Shown: one piece after another, positions 8,397 to 17,810 of the stretch
Layout: each line of letters begins with the position of its first letter
How positions within the stretch are numbered: position 1 is the stretch's first letter
Virus record (IMG/VR): IMGVR_UViG_3300037153_000540
Span: 1-52,429 of that record
Source: a virus
Lineage: Duplodnaviria; Caudoviricetes
Strand: one strand, 5' to 3'
DNA length: 52,429 bases
Notes under the pieces: model-generated
Databases searched by the model: none
What the model saw: the letters and a program-made list of their open reading frames with translations, nothing else
Told to the model about the DNA's origin: nothing
Position numbers and translations under genes: made by a program

Positions 8397-8665
8397 AGCC
8401 CGCCGAGCAGCTGCCCGCCATCGGCGCCCAGCCCGTCATCACCGTCGAGCAGTACGCCGCCGCCCAACGCGCCGAGATCGTCGCCTGGATCACCGCCCAG
8501 CAACACCGCTGCGCACGCCACAACGACCTCGACACCGGCATGGCGACCAACTGCTGCATCTGCTGGTGGAACGGCGCCATCGACGGCGCCGTACGCCTCG
8601 CACGCGGCGACCACGGTGCCACACCCCTGGCCATCGCCGAACGACTCCAGCGCGAGGCGACATGA
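8393..8665 (+). CDS. Hypothetical protein
   Basis: ATGA overlaps; GC3 bias. Confidence 0.6.
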   Translation: MKPAEQLPAIGAQPVITVEQYAAAQRAEIVAWITAQQHRCARHNDLDTGMATNCCICWWNGAIDGAVRLARGDHGATPLAIAERLQREAT

Positions 8666-9321
8666 CCGACACCCTGTTCACGCCCGAGACGCCCGGCGGT
8701 CCCCCGTCGCCGGGAAGCCGGCCTCCCGCGGCACTGTCCCCGGCCGCGGGAGGCACGGCCAGGCCACAGCCGCGCGTCATCGGCCTGGACATCAGCCTCG
8801 CCAGCACCGGCGTCGCCGGAGTCGGCTGGACCGAACTCATCCGCACCGGCGACCGCCGCGGCGAGGACCGCCTCGACTACATCGTCGCCTGCGTCCTCGA
8901 CTACACACGGTCGGCGAACTTCGTCGCCATCGAAGGCCCGTCATACGGCAGCGCCCTGCAGAACGGCCACGACGAGATGGCCGCCGCCCGGTGGATGGTC
9001 CGCTGCGAGCTCCGCCGCCGGAACATCCCATACGCGATCGTCCCGCCCGACAACCGCACCATCTACGCCACCGGCCGGGCCCGCTGGAAGAGCGAGGACG
9101 GGAAGAAGCTCACCGCCGCGCAGGTGAAAGGGAAGGTCCGCGACGCCGTCGCCCGCCGGTACGGCGTCGAGTGCGAGGGCACCGGCCGGTACGACCGCGC
9201 CGACGCGTACGTGCTCCTCGCCATGGCGCGGGACTACCTCGGGTACCCGCTCGCACCCGTACCCGCCACGCACTCCCGCGCGCTCGCCAAGGTCGCCTGG
9301 CCGGAGGTGAGCGCGCCGTGA
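8662..9321 (+). CDS. RuvC-like Holliday junction resolvase
   Basis: VIGLDISLASTG, VAIEG, DRADA acidic catalytic motifs. Confidence 0.85.
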   Translation: MTDTLFTPETPGGPPSPGSRPPAALSPAAGGTARPQPRVIGLDISLASTGVAGVGWTELIRTGDRRGEDRLDYIVACVLDYTRSANFVAIEGPSYGSALQNGHDEMAAARWMVRCELRRRNIPYAIVPPDNRTIYATGRARWKSEDGKKLTAAQVKGKVRDAVARRYGVECEGTGRYDRADAYVLLAMARDYLGYPLAPVPATHSRALAKVAWPEVSAP

Positions 9322-10559
9322 CCGCGACCATCATCCGCGGCGACGCCCGCGCACTCCCGCTCCCCGACGCGTCCGTCGACCTGATCATCACCAGCCCGCC
9401 CTACTTCGGACTGCGCTCCTACACCGACGGCGGCGAGCACTACGCCGGCCAGATCGGCGCCGAGTCAACGCCGGCGGAGTACGTGGCCGCGCTGCTCGAC
9501 TGCACGGCCGAGTGGATGCGCGTGCTCAAGCCCGAGGGGTCGCTGTGGGTCAACCTCGGCGACAAGTACACCAACCGCACCCGCGGTGCCTGGGCCGGCT
9601 CGTCGGACGGCTACACCAGCAGGCCCGCGACACCGCGGTACGTCCGGCCGAAGGGCATCCCCGAGAAGTCGCTGATGGGGTTGCCGTGGCGGTACGCCCT
9701 CGGCTGCATCGACGACCTCGGCCTGATCCTGCGCGCCGAGGTGATCTGGTCCAAGCCCAACGGCCTGCCCGAGTCGGTCACCGACCGCGTGCGCCGCTCC
9801 CACGAGCAGTGGTTCCACTTCACTCAGGCCTCGAGGTACTTCTCTGCGGTCGATGAGATCCGCGAGGCGCACGAGATGCGCCCGCAACGACGTCCCAACG
9901 GCCACCAGCAGCGCCAGAAGCTCGGCGTGCTGCCGGCGCAGACCTATTCCACCAGCGCCCGGGACGAGAAGGGCGTCGACGGGCACCCGCTCGGCAAGCT
10001 CCCGGGCTCGGTCTGGGAGGTGCCGACCCAGCCGCTGCGCGTGCCGTCAGGCCTCGAGGTCGACCACTTCGCTGCGTTCCCGATGGAGTGGCCGCGACGG
10101 CTCATCCTCGGTTGGTCGCCGGCCGGCATTTGCACCGTGTGCGGCGAGGGACGCCGGCCGCTCGCTGAGCGAGCGGTGGCCGGGGCCGCACCGACCCGGC
10201 GAATCCCCGGCGCTGGCCGCGACCCGCTCTCCCGGCATGGCCAGGCCGACGCGGGCTCAACTCTCAGGGGCCAGCACCGCGCCACGATCACGGGCTACGC
10301 CTGCGCCTGCCCGACCGCGGCCGCGCCCTCGAGGCCTGCGGTCGTGCTCGACCCGTTCGGCGGTACCGGCACCGCCGCTCTCCTCGCGACCGTCCTCGGC
10401 CGCAACGGCATCAGCGTCGACCGGTCCGCGGACTACTGCCGCCTCGCCGCCTGGCGCACCACCGACCCGGGAGAGCGTGCACGGGCCCTGGGCGTACCGA
10501 AGCCACCGCCCGTACTGGCCGGCCAGGGCGACTTGTTCGACGGCGAGGTGAGCGCGTGA
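9318..10559 (+). CDS. Site-specific DNA amino-methyltransferase (N4C/N6A, beta order)
   Basis: ITSPPY (motif IV) precedes VLDPFGGTGT (motif I); HFAAFP; RVLKPEGSLWVNLGD. Confidence 0.9.
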   Translation: MTATIIRGDARALPLPDASVDLIITSPPYFGLRSYTDGGEHYAGQIGAESTPAEYVAALLDCTAEWMRVLKPEGSLWVNLGDKYTNRTRGAWAGSSDGYTSRPATPRYVRPKGIPEKSLMGLPWRYALGCIDDLGLILRAEVIWSKPNGLPESVTDRVRRSHEQWFHFTQASRYFSAVDEIREAHEMRPQRRPNGHQQRQKLGVLPAQTYSTSARDEKGVDGHPLGKLPGSVWEVPTQPLRVPSGLEVDHFAAFPMEWPRRLILGWSPAGICTVCGEGRRPLAERAVAGAAPTRRIPGAGRDPLSRHGQADAGSTLRGQHRATITGYACACPTAAAPSRPAVVLDPFGGTGTAALLATVLGRNGISVDRSADYCRLAAWRTTDPGERARALGVPKPPPVLAGQGDLFDGEVSA

Positions 10560-10771
10560 AGTACCGCCCGCCCCACCCCGTCCTCGTCGAACTGCGCGCC
10601 GAGCGGAAACGCCGCGACCTCACCCAGGCCGACATCGCCGCCGCCATGGGGACCACCGCGCCTGCGGTCTCGCACCTGGAGACCGGCTACAAGTCGCCAG
10701 TGCTCGCCACGCTCATCCGCTACGCCGACGCCCTCGGCTACGACCTCACCATCGCCAAGAAGGGGCGCTGA
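10556..10771 (+). CDS. XRE HTH protein
   Basis: LRAERKRRDLTQADIAAAMGTTAPAVSHLETG. Confidence 0.85.
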   Translation: MKYRPPHPVLVELRAERKRRDLTQADIAAAMGTTAPAVSHLETGYKSPVLATLIRYADALGYDLTIAKKGR

Positions 10772-10772
10772 C

Positions 10773-11192
10773 ATGGCCACCGCCGACCAGATCGACCGCG
10801 CCGCCACCACCGGCCGCCACGACCGCGTACGCACCGGCAGCGAACACATGGACTCCGCGCACCTGCTCGCCATGCCCGCCGCCGACCGCGACTACGCCCT
10901 CGCCGAGATCGACCGCGCCACCCGCGCCGTGCACCGCATCGCCGACGACGACCACACGGCCGCCGAGGTCCTGGAGGTCCTCGGCCTCGCCCCCTACCAG
11001 CGCGACCCGGCACCCGCCCCGGTGCTCAAGCGGTGCACGAAATGCGGGCACACCAAGCCGGCCGCCGGCTTCTACCGCGAGAGGACGGCCAGCGACGGCC
11101 TATCACCGCACTGCAAGAGCTGCCGCGCGGAGGGCCAGCGCGCGTACCGCATCGCCCAGAAGAACACCCCCAACCAGAACGGGACCCGATAG
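10773..11192 (+). CDS. Hypothetical protein with C-terminal Cys4 zinc finger
   Basis: KRCTKCGHTKPAAGFY..DGLSPHCKSC. Confidence 0.7.
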   Translation: MATADQIDRAATTGRHDRVRTGSEHMDSAHLLAMPAADRDYALAEIDRATRAVHRIADDDHTAAEVLEVLGLAPYQRDPAPAPVLKRCTKCGHTKPAAGFYRERTASDGLSPHCKSCRAEGQRAYRIAQKNTPNQNGTR

Positions 11193-11696
11193 ATGGACAT
11201 CAAGATCGACGGCAAGCTCGGCGCCGGAGCCGACGCGGCACTCTCCGACCACGCCAAGGCGCTGTACGACAAGCCCGGCTCCCGCCGCGTCGGCATCATC
11301 GAGCTGCGCCGCGACTACGGCCTGGCCCCCGACCCCTCCGGCTCCAAGAAAGCCGTCGTCGGCCTCGCCATCGCGGGACTCGAAATCGCCGGACCCGACC
11401 AGGAAGGCGCCGTACGCGAGGCGCAGAAGACCCTCTACATGCAGCGCACCGCCAAGGGCACGCTCGACGAAGAGGGCCAGATCCAGCTGACGCAAGACAC
11501 CGTCCGCCTCCTCGGCGGTGTCCTGAACGACATCGAGCTGGCCCGCCTCCGCGCGGCCGTCGAGCGCTGGACCACCGAGATCCACAACGCGATCCACTCC
11601 AAGACGCTCACCGACGGCGAGATCCGGCACGAGCTCGACCGCATCCACGCCGGCCTGACGAGGGCCCTGCACCCCGCCCGCACCGACGACGAGTGA
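11193..11696 (+). CDS. Hypothetical protein
   Basis: Abutting start; strong GC3 bias. Confidence 0.75.
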   Translation: MDIKIDGKLGAGADAALSDHAKALYDKPGSRRVGIIELRRDYGLAPDPSGSKKAVVGLAIAGLEIAGPDQEGAVREAQKTLYMQRTAKGTLDEEGQIQLTQDTVRLLGGVLNDIELARLRAAVERWTTEIHNAIHSKTLTDGEIRHELDRIHAGLTRALHPARTDDE

Positions 11697-11712
11697 CCTG
11701 CGACCCGCTCCC

Positions 11713-11749
11713 GAGCGGGCGCCCCTCGCAGCGGCAGGGGCGCCCGCTC
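11713..11749 (+). terminator. GC-rich hairpin
   Basis: GAGCGGGCGCCCCT / AGGGGCGCCCGCTC 14-bp inverted repeat. Confidence 0.55.
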
Positions 11750-11774
11750 ACCCCGACCAGACAGGAAGCGCCCG

Positions 11775-12698
11775 ATGCCTTGGGTTCGCTATGACGACCG
11801 CTTTCCGAACCACCGCAAGGTGGTCGAGGTCAAAGCGCGGGACCGCACCGCCCTGACACTGCACGTGCTGTGCGGAACCTGGTCGGCGTCCTCCGACACG
11901 CCAGGCTGCGTCAGCGAGGCCGCCGCCATCGAGCAGGCCGGCGGAAAGGCGCGCGCGAAGCGGTGGGCCAAGATTCTCGTAGACGCCGAGCTGTGGCACG
12001 CGCCCGGCCACGACTGCCCGCGCTGCCCGCAAATCACCAAGGGCTACGTGATCCACGACTGGCCGGAATGGAACCCCTACGAGGCGATCGCCGAGAAGCG
12101 TCGCGCAGCCGGAAAGAAGGGTGCCGCCGCCAGATGGGGAGCAAGCCAAACCGAAGCCGAGCCGATAGCAAATGCCATAGCCGAGCCACCCGCCAGCCAT
12201 AGCAATGGCAGTGACAAAAAATGGCCCGATCCCGATCCCGATCCCGATCCCAGTACTTCGGCTGATGTAGGTGATCCCCCTCCCCGCCGTAACGGGGTGA
12301 CGGACGGGGAGGAGGGGGCCAAACCGGCAGGGCAAAAGACCAGGCTGGAAGCCCTCGTCGCCGAGGTCAAAGCCATCCGCCCGGAATGGTCGACGCGATC
12401 AATCGAACGCGCCCTCACCCGGCCCGCCGTCGCCGAACGCCCGCACGCCGTCGTCCGCTCAGCCGCGCTCGCCGTCGCCCGCGACCGCACCAGCCAAGCG
12501 CCTGGCCGCCTCGAACACGACGGCCCATGGTGGCGCCTACCCGAACCACCGTCCCCGCCACCGGCTGCGCGCGCCGAGATCTGGGACGGCCTGGCCCCCC
12601 TCGGCCAGCGCGACAACGCCGCCGCCAACAGCCGCGGCCGCGCCGCCGTCGAAGCCGAAATCGCCAAGGTCAAAGCCTCAAAAGCAGGTGAACCATGA
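11775..12698 (+). CDS. Putative replication initiator
   Basis: MPWVRYDDRFPNHRKV..GYVIHDWPEWNP, PDPDPDP linker, internal short repeats. Confidence 0.7.
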   Translation: MPWVRYDDRFPNHRKVVEVKARDRTALTLHVLCGTWSASSDTPGCVSEAAAIEQAGGKARAKRWAKILVDAELWHAPGHDCPRCPQITKGYVIHDWPEWNPYEAIAEKRRAAGKKGAAARWGASQTEAEPIANAIAEPPASHSNGSDKKWPDPDPDPDPSTSADVGDPPPRRNGVTDGEEGAKPAGQKTRLEALVAEVKAIRPEWSTRSIERALTRPAVAERPHAVVRSAALAVARDRTSQAPGRLEHDGPWWRLPEPPSPPPAARAEIWDGLAPLGQRDNAAANSRGRAAVEAEIAKVKASKAGEP

Positions 12699-12955
12699 GC
12701 TACGGCCCGGAAGAGAACGAGCACTTCACCTGTCCGTGGTCGTGGTGCCAGTGCACCCACGTCGGCTGCGTATCCGGCTGGATCGAACGGACCCGCGACG
12801 ACGGCACCGAGTATGCCGAGCCGTGCCCCACGTGCCGGCCCGAAGTAGCCCAGCATCTGGGCGATCGCCGCAAGCCCCTGCATCGGCTCCGGCGGGAGCT
12901 GCCCGCCCTGCCCCGGCCGTCCCGCACCCGACGACCCGTAGAAGGCGCCGCATGA
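12695..12955 (+). CDS. Cys-rich hypothetical protein
   Basis: CQCTHVGCVSGW..PCPTCRP. Confidence 0.7.
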   Translation: MSYGPEENEHFTCPWSWCQCTHVGCVSGWIERTRDDGTEYAEPCPTCRPEVAQHLGDRRKPLHRLRRELPALPRPSRTRRPVEGAA

Positions 12956-13188
12956 GCACCGCCAAGATCGACCCGATCAACTTCGCCGTGAAGCTTGTCC
13001 GCGGCCAGTTCGACGCCGGCGTCCACGTCATGGTCGCCCGCGAGACCGACCCCAGCTCCTTCCCCGGCTACGGCGACACACCCACGCTCGACGCCCTGTG
13101 CCGCCGCGTCGTGGGCTGCCTGATGGCTCACGGCTGGACGCCGCCCGGCGGGAACCCCGAACCACCGACCCCGGAGGACTTCCGATGA
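12952..13188 (+). CDS. Hypothetical protein
   Basis: MSTAKIDPINFAV; ATGA overlaps. Confidence 0.6.
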   Translation: MSTAKIDPINFAVKLVRGQFDAGVHVMVARETDPSSFPGYGDTPTLDALCRRVVGCLMAHGWTPPGGNPEPPTPEDFR

Positions 13189-13439
13189 CCACGCCCAAGA
13201 ACCCCGGCCTCGCCGCCCTCGGCGACATGCTCGGCACCGCCGCCCACGGCGACCGCTGGCCCGACGTCAAAGCCGCGAACGCCGCCGCACGCCAGGCCGC
13301 CACCGAAGCCGCCGCCCGTGCCGCCCGGCGCGAACGCTTCAACGAGACCCTCGGCCGTATCACCGCCGTGATCGTCGTCGTCGCGCTCGTCGCGATCCTT
13401 GCCGCGCTGGCCGTGGCCGCCTGGCGGTGGGCCCTGTGA
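13185..13439 (+). CDS. Protein with C-terminal TM helix
   Basis: GGAGG RBS; ITAVIVVVALVAILAALAVAAW. Confidence 0.65.
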   Translation: MTTPKNPGLAALGDMLGTAAHGDRWPDVKAANAAARQAATEAAARAARRERFNETLGRITAVIVVVALVAILAALAVAAWRWAL

Positions 13440-13678
13440 GCGCCGCCGAGCAGGTGCTGACGTTCGACGCGGACGGTCCGGCAATCGCCTACGTCTCGAC
13501 CCCGCCCCGCACCGTCCACCAGATCGACGCGGACGGCTGGGACCCGACCGGCATGTCAGGCCGCGAGCGGAGGCTGTGCCGTGCCCTGCTCGCCCACGCC
13601 CTGGACAAGCTCGACGCCCTGGACAAGGCCGAGCGGATGGGCCTCGTCATCGGAAAGCAGGAGGCCGATCGTGCCTGA
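13436..13678 (+). CDS. Hypothetical protein
   Basis: GTGA overlap; GC3 bias. Confidence 0.6.
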   Translation: MSAAEQVLTFDADGPAIAYVSTPPRTVHQIDADGWDPTGMSGRERRLCRALLAHALDKLDALDKAERMGLVIGKQEADRA

Positions 13679-13979
13679 GACCACCACACCCGAGCCCCTC
13701 ATCGACCCGGACTGCGACGCCGGGAAACACGGCTCCTGCGTCGGCGGCCCGTGCGAGTGCATGTGCCACGACCCTGGATTTTGTCGCGGGCTGGTACAGC
13801 TGCGCTGGCCCGCACTTCGCCCTGTGTCGTCACTGCGGGGACGAACTCCAGGTCTACAGCGAACGCGAGGGCATCTGGCTCAACGCCGGGTTCGGGGAGC
13901 GGTATTGCGATGTCGATGAGACGCAGCCGCACGCACCTCTGAGCCGCCCGTACCCCCGGAGACGCCGAGGAGGCGACCG

Positions 13980-14243
13980 ATGGCTGAACGCGTCGAAGTT
14001 TGGAGCCGCCGGTTCACCCGGCCGCGAATCGACCGGCTTCGCCCAGCTCGCCCGCACCCGTTCGCGGGCTGGAACCGCTACGGCGGCGTACCGGGCACCT
14101 CGAACCACGGCGTGACGATCGGCTTCGCGGTCATGCTGCGCGGTCGCGGCATCGGCATCCGCTGGGCTTGGCCGGTTGTCCACACCGAGGAGATCAGCGC
14201 CCCTGACCCCACCCCTGACGCCCCCAAGGGCGGAGAGGACTAA
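13980..14243 (+). CDS. Hypothetical protein
   Basis: GAGGAGG RBS before ATG. Confidence 0.55.
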   Translation: MAERVEVWSRRFTRPRIDRLRPARPHPFAGWNRYGGVPGTSNHGVTIGFAVMLRGRGIGIRWAWPVVHTEEISAPDPTPDAPKGGED

Positions 14244-14246
14244 CCG

Positions 14247-14405
14247 ATGGAATGCGCAACCTGTGGCCTCACGCCCTTCGACCTGCCGGACGGGGTCGAC
14301 CCGGAGTACGTGTTCGAGCGCGTGAACGGCGAGACGTACTGCCAGGCGGACGCTCCCTCTCCCGTGTCTGCGGCTACGGGAGAGACCGGAGAGGAGCGGA
14401 CGTGA
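14247..14405 (+). CDS. Small hypothetical protein (52 aa, not in ORF track)
   Basis: MECATCGLTPFDLPDGVDPEYVFERVNGETYCQADAP; GAGAGGA RBS. Confidence 0.55.
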   Translation: MECATCGLTPFDLPDGVDPEYVFERVNGETYCQADAPSPVSAATGETGEERT

Positions 14406-14602
14406 ATCAGCGCGAAGCGAAGCGGCTGGCTTGCCGCATCGCCAGCGACCTGATCTTTCGCTACATCGACGTTGACGGCGACGACAAGCTCACCGAGGCA
14501 GACACGGCCCGTCTCGACGAAGCACTCCGTGACCTGAGTCACGAGATGTTGCGGCGTAGCGGAGCCCCCGGTGTGTCTGGACAGGAGGACCCGCATGGCT
14601 GA
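14402..14602 (+). CDS. Hypothetical protein
   Basis: MNQREAKRLACRIASDL; GTGA overlap. Confidence 0.55.
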   Translation: MNQREAKRLACRIASDLIFRYIDVDGDDKLTEADTARLDEALRDLSHEMLRRSGAPGVSGQEDPHG

Positions 14603-14825
14603 GTCACCGAAGTTCCGCGCCCACGTCTTCTACTACCCGCACAGCGCGTGGAACGGCCCGACGTGGACGTGGTGTCGAGAGATCGAGGGCGACATCCACG
14701 ACGAGGCATGGAACCTGCCCGCCTGCGCCTCGTGGACTGACGCATGGGACAAGGCGCATGCGTGGCTTCAGCGAAAGTACGCCCCCATGACCCCCGCTAC
14801 CCGCCTGTACGGAGAACCGCGATGA
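14595..14825 (+). CDS. Trp-rich hypothetical protein
   Basis: AGGAGG RBS; MAESPKFRAHVFYYP. Confidence 0.6.
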   Translation: MAESPKFRAHVFYYPHSAWNGPTWTWCREIEGDIHDEAWNLPACASWTDAWDKAHAWLQRKYAPMTPATRLYGEPR

Positions 14826-14977
14826 TGATCGCTCTGGTGTGCGCACTCGCCGCCCTCCTCTGCATATCCATCGGCATCAATATCGTCACCCTCGTCGGCT
14901 GGTCGCGGACCCTCCGCCTGCTCATCGCCGCGAAGGATGAGATCCGCCTGTCCGAGCACACCGAGGAGACCCGTTGA
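14822..14977 (+). CDS. Small membrane protein
   Basis: MMIALVCALAALLCISIGINIVTLVGW. Confidence 0.55.
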   Translation: MMIALVCALAALLCISIGINIVTLVGWSRTLRLLIAAKDEIRLSEHTEETR

Positions 14978-15064
14978 CCGACACCCGCAAGCCGCCGGCC
15001 GAGCGGATCGCCAACCCCAGAGGTGACCGTTGACCGCGGCGACCCGCATGTTCGGAGGAGCCCG

Positions 15065-15601
15065 ATGATGATCTCCGGTCTGTGCGCATGCGGCTTCGGG
15101 GAGACCACCCCCGTAGCCAGCAAGAACATGTACCGAAAGGGGAAGCTGATCGTCCGGAAGGGCGAGCATTACACCTACGTAGCTGGCCACCGGAAATCGA
15201 CGCCCGTCCCGCCCGAGCTACGGATCGAGGACAAGATTCAGCGCGATCCCGAGACGGGCTGCTGGAACTGGACAGGATCAATCAATCAGGGCTACGGGCG
15301 AATCCGGACCCAAGGTAAGACCGTCAACGCCTATCGGCTCATCTACGAGATGCAGAAGGGCACGGTTCCGGAAGGGCTGGAGCTGGATCACCTGTGCCGC
15401 AATCGCGCCTGCGTGAACCCGGACCACCTGGAGCCGGTGACGCACGCAGAGAACATGCGGCGCGCTGGTCGTCGTGTCCTAACCGGTGCATGTCACCGGG
15501 GACACGAGATGACGCCGGAGAACACCTACGTCTCGCCGAAGGGGCGCAGGAACTGTAACGAATGCAGGCGGATCAATGAGCGGAGGCGAGCTGCCAAGTG
15601 A
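15065..15601 (+). CDS. Free-standing HNH endonuclease
   Basis: GCWNWTG..GYG..ELDHLCRNRACVNPDHLEPVTHAEN; CHRGHEMTPENT..CNEC; GGAGGAG RBS. Confidence 0.92.
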   Translation: MMISGLCACGFGETTPVASKNMYRKGKLIVRKGEHYTYVAGHRKSTPVPPELRIEDKIQRDPETGCWNWTGSINQGYGRIRTQGKTVNAYRLIYEMQKGTVPEGLELDHLCRNRACVNPDHLEPVTHAENMRRAGRRVLTGACHRGHEMTPENTYVSPKGRRNCNECRRINERRRAAK

Positions 15602-16536
15602 TCAGCGATCTTTGTGTTCTTTCGCACCGCCAAGACCCCGACCGGCCGCGCCGCGCCCTCGACGGGCTCTACCTCTGCCACGGCCACCGCGCCGAACTCG
15701 AACGCCTCATCGCCGAACTCCCCGCCCGCTACAACGACCTCGACCGCGCACTCACCCCCACCAGCACCGCCGGCGGCCACAGCCACCCCGGCCTCGACAT
15801 CGACGAACCCGCCGCCGACCTCCGCTCACAAATCCGCTACGACCTCCTCACCTGGTGCACCTACGTCGCCCGCGAACGCGGCCTCACCGGCCCACCCCGC
15901 GACGACCCGTTCACCACCGCGGCATGGCTCACCATCCACGTGGACTGGCTCGCTGCGAACGAATACGCGGCCGTGCACCTGCCGCCGGTCCTACGGGAGC
16001 TGACCGGCCGCACCTACGGCATCACCGACATCCCCGCCCGCCACCTCGACCTCGAAGAGCAATGCCTCACCAACCGCGACGGCCAGCGCTGCGAGGGCCT
16101 CGTGACGCTCGTCGTACGCGGCGACGACTGGACGGCGCACTGCCCCGCCTGCCGCGAACACGCCCGCGCCGAAGGCATCCCGTACGAGCCGCAGGACGCC
16201 ACCCCGTACCTGCGGCTCGCCCGCCGCGGCGAGTGGATCCCCGCCAGCGACGTCATCCACCTCGCCGGCCTGTTCGGCATCGCAGCGTCCGACGACGTGG
16301 TGCGGCAGTGGAAACACCGGCGGAAGATCGTGGGTCGTCTCACCGACGAGGGTGTGCGGTACGACCTGCGTTCCGTGCAGCGGTACCTCGTGCAGCGGAA
16401 GACCGAACGAGAGAGGATCACCGCTGCTCCGCGTCAACTACGGGCCGAAGAGCGCACAGGTCCCCATCGACGCCAGAGGCCAGTGATCACGATCCAGTTG
16501 CGCGCAGGTCACACGGGGTGTCACACTCAGTCGTGA
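15598..16536 (+). CDS. Zn-binding protein with C-terminal HTH; probable late-gene regulator
   Basis: LYLCHGH, C..C pairs, C-terminal DVVRQWKHRRKI..YDLRSV; position just before the packaging module. Confidence 0.6.
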   Translation: MISDLCVLSHRQDPDRPRRALDGLYLCHGHRAELERLIAELPARYNDLDRALTPTSTAGGHSHPGLDIDEPAADLRSQIRYDLLTWCTYVARERGLTGPPRDDPFTTAAWLTIHVDWLAANEYAAVHLPPVLRELTGRTYGITDIPARHLDLEEQCLTNRDGQRCEGLVTLVVRGDDWTAHCPACREHARAEGIPYEPQDATPYLRLARRGEWIPASDVIHLAGLFGIAASDDVVRQWKHRRKIVGRLTDEGVRYDLRSVQRYLVQRKTERERITAAPRQLRAEERTGPHRRQRPVITIQLRAGHTGCHTQS

Positions 16537-16601
16537 TGGTGGCAGAGCCATCACAACAGCCCGGCCAACGCGCCGGGCTCCTGCGTTCCCGGGGGTGCAC
16601 G

Positions 16602-16904
16602 ATGCCCGGCGGATGGGAAGGCTCCGACCGCAGCGACCGGCTCCCACCAAACTGGCGAACCGAGATCCGGCCCGCCATCCTCCAGCGCGACGGCTACCGC
16701 TGCCAGATCCGCTGGGATGACGGCTGTGAAGGCGCCGCCACCGAAGTCGACCACATCCGAGCGGGCGATGATCATTCGTTCGCGAACCTGCAGAGTGCCT
16801 GCGCCTGGTGTCATCGCCAGAAGACGTATGCAGACAGGCAAGGGATGCGACGGTACTGGTCCGCCAAACGCCAACCTGAACGGCACCCCGGCCTCCAGAC
16901 CTGA
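16602..16904 (+). CDS. Terminase-associated HNH protein (HK97 gp74-like)
   Basis: RPAILQRDGYRCQ..CEGAATEVDHI..DHSFANLQSACAWCHRQKT; upstream of terminase. Confidence 0.88.
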   Translation: MPGGWEGSDRSDRLPPNWRTEIRPAILQRDGYRCQIRWDDGCEGAATEVDHIRAGDDHSFANLQSACAWCHRQKTYADRQGMRRYWSAKRQPERHPGLQT

Positions 16905-16941
16905 CATCATCACCATCACCTGCGGCTGATCACCGCAGGCA

Positions 16942-16973
16942 GAAAGCCCTGAGTCTCCCGGCTCAGGGCTTTC
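16942..16973 (+). terminator. Hairpin upstream of the second HNH gene
   Basis: GAAAGCCCTGAG / CTCAGGGCTTTC. Confidence 0.55.
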
Positions 16974-16994
16974 GCATTTCCGGGAGACAACAGA

Positions 16995-17732
16995 ATGAAG
17001 AGCTGCGACCACTGCGGCGCTCCCTTCAAGCCGTACCGACCCACCACCCGCTATTGCGGACCGACCTGCCGCAGCCGGGCCTACGGCAAGCGCCGCACAG
17101 CAGATGGCAGGCATGCCGCGTATCGCGCGACCCGTGCCGAGGAAATCCGCGCGCTCAACGCACGCGCACGAATCGAACGGTTCTGTGTGGTCTGCGGATC
17201 AAGCTGGCGCACTCGCAGGGCCGACGCCAAGTACTGCTCACAGGCGTGCTACAGCCAGGACGTGCAGGCCGGTAACGTCACGGTTGGACGACCCAAGAAG
17301 CCAGCACAGTCGAAGCCTGAGCGACGGGCTGCACTGCGCGAGTTGTTCGAGCGGGAGCGCTACGACGAGGCGCTTCAAAGGATCATGGCCCGGACCAAGT
17401 TGCTCAGCTCGGGATGCCGAGTAATCAAGGGCAAAGAGGACGAGCCATACCCGCAGATCTACTGGGCGAAGAACACGACCCGTGGTGCACACCGCCTGGT
17501 CCTTTGGGCCAAGGTCGGCGGCACGATCGACGGATGGCACGCACACCACCGGTGCGCCAACCCGGTATGTGTCGAGCCCGACCACCTGGTGCCTGCGACC
17601 GCTGCTGAGAACTCGGCTGAGATGTTGGCGCGTCGAACGTACGAGGCCGAGATCGAAGCCCTGAGGGCAGCACTGGCGGAGCTTGCTCCGGCACATCCGC
17701 TGCTTCGACGGCACCTCGCGGCCGTCGCCTGA
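16995..17732 (+). CDS. HNH endonuclease with two N-terminal Zn-ribbon repeats
   Basis: CDHCG..YCGPTC, CVVCG..YCSQAC, AHR..HAHHRCANPVCVEPDHL..AAEN. Confidence 0.85.
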   Translation: MKSCDHCGAPFKPYRPTTRYCGPTCRSRAYGKRRTADGRHAAYRATRAEEIRALNARARIERFCVVCGSSWRTRRADAKYCSQACYSQDVQAGNVTVGRPKKPAQSKPERRAALRELFERERYDEALQRIMARTKLLSSGCRVIKGKEDEPYPQIYWAKNTTRGAHRLVLWAKVGGTIDGWHAHHRCANPVCVEPDHLVPATAAENSAEMLARRTYEAEIEALRAALAELAPAHPLLRRHLAAVA

Positions 17733-17770
17733 CCCCCGGCGGTGGACTCCCCCCGGGCACCCTTTCGACA

Positions 17771-17810
17771 CCGTCAAGTAGCTGCGGCTCGCGGCGCGTA
17801 CGGGTCTGCG
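17771..17810. other. Probable cos site / virion left end
   Basis: CCGTCAAGTAGC followed by TGCGGCTCGCGGCGCGTACGGGT, resembling the TGCGGC..GTACGGGT left ends of cos-type actinophages; lies between HNH and terminase. Confidence 0.55.

Noticed and set aside
13671-13980. Two overlapping Cys-rich partial frames (PDCDAGKHGSC..CECMCH; CRHCGDEL..YCD)
   Set aside because: Probably mosaic debris or a frameshifted small gene; boundaries cannot be supported
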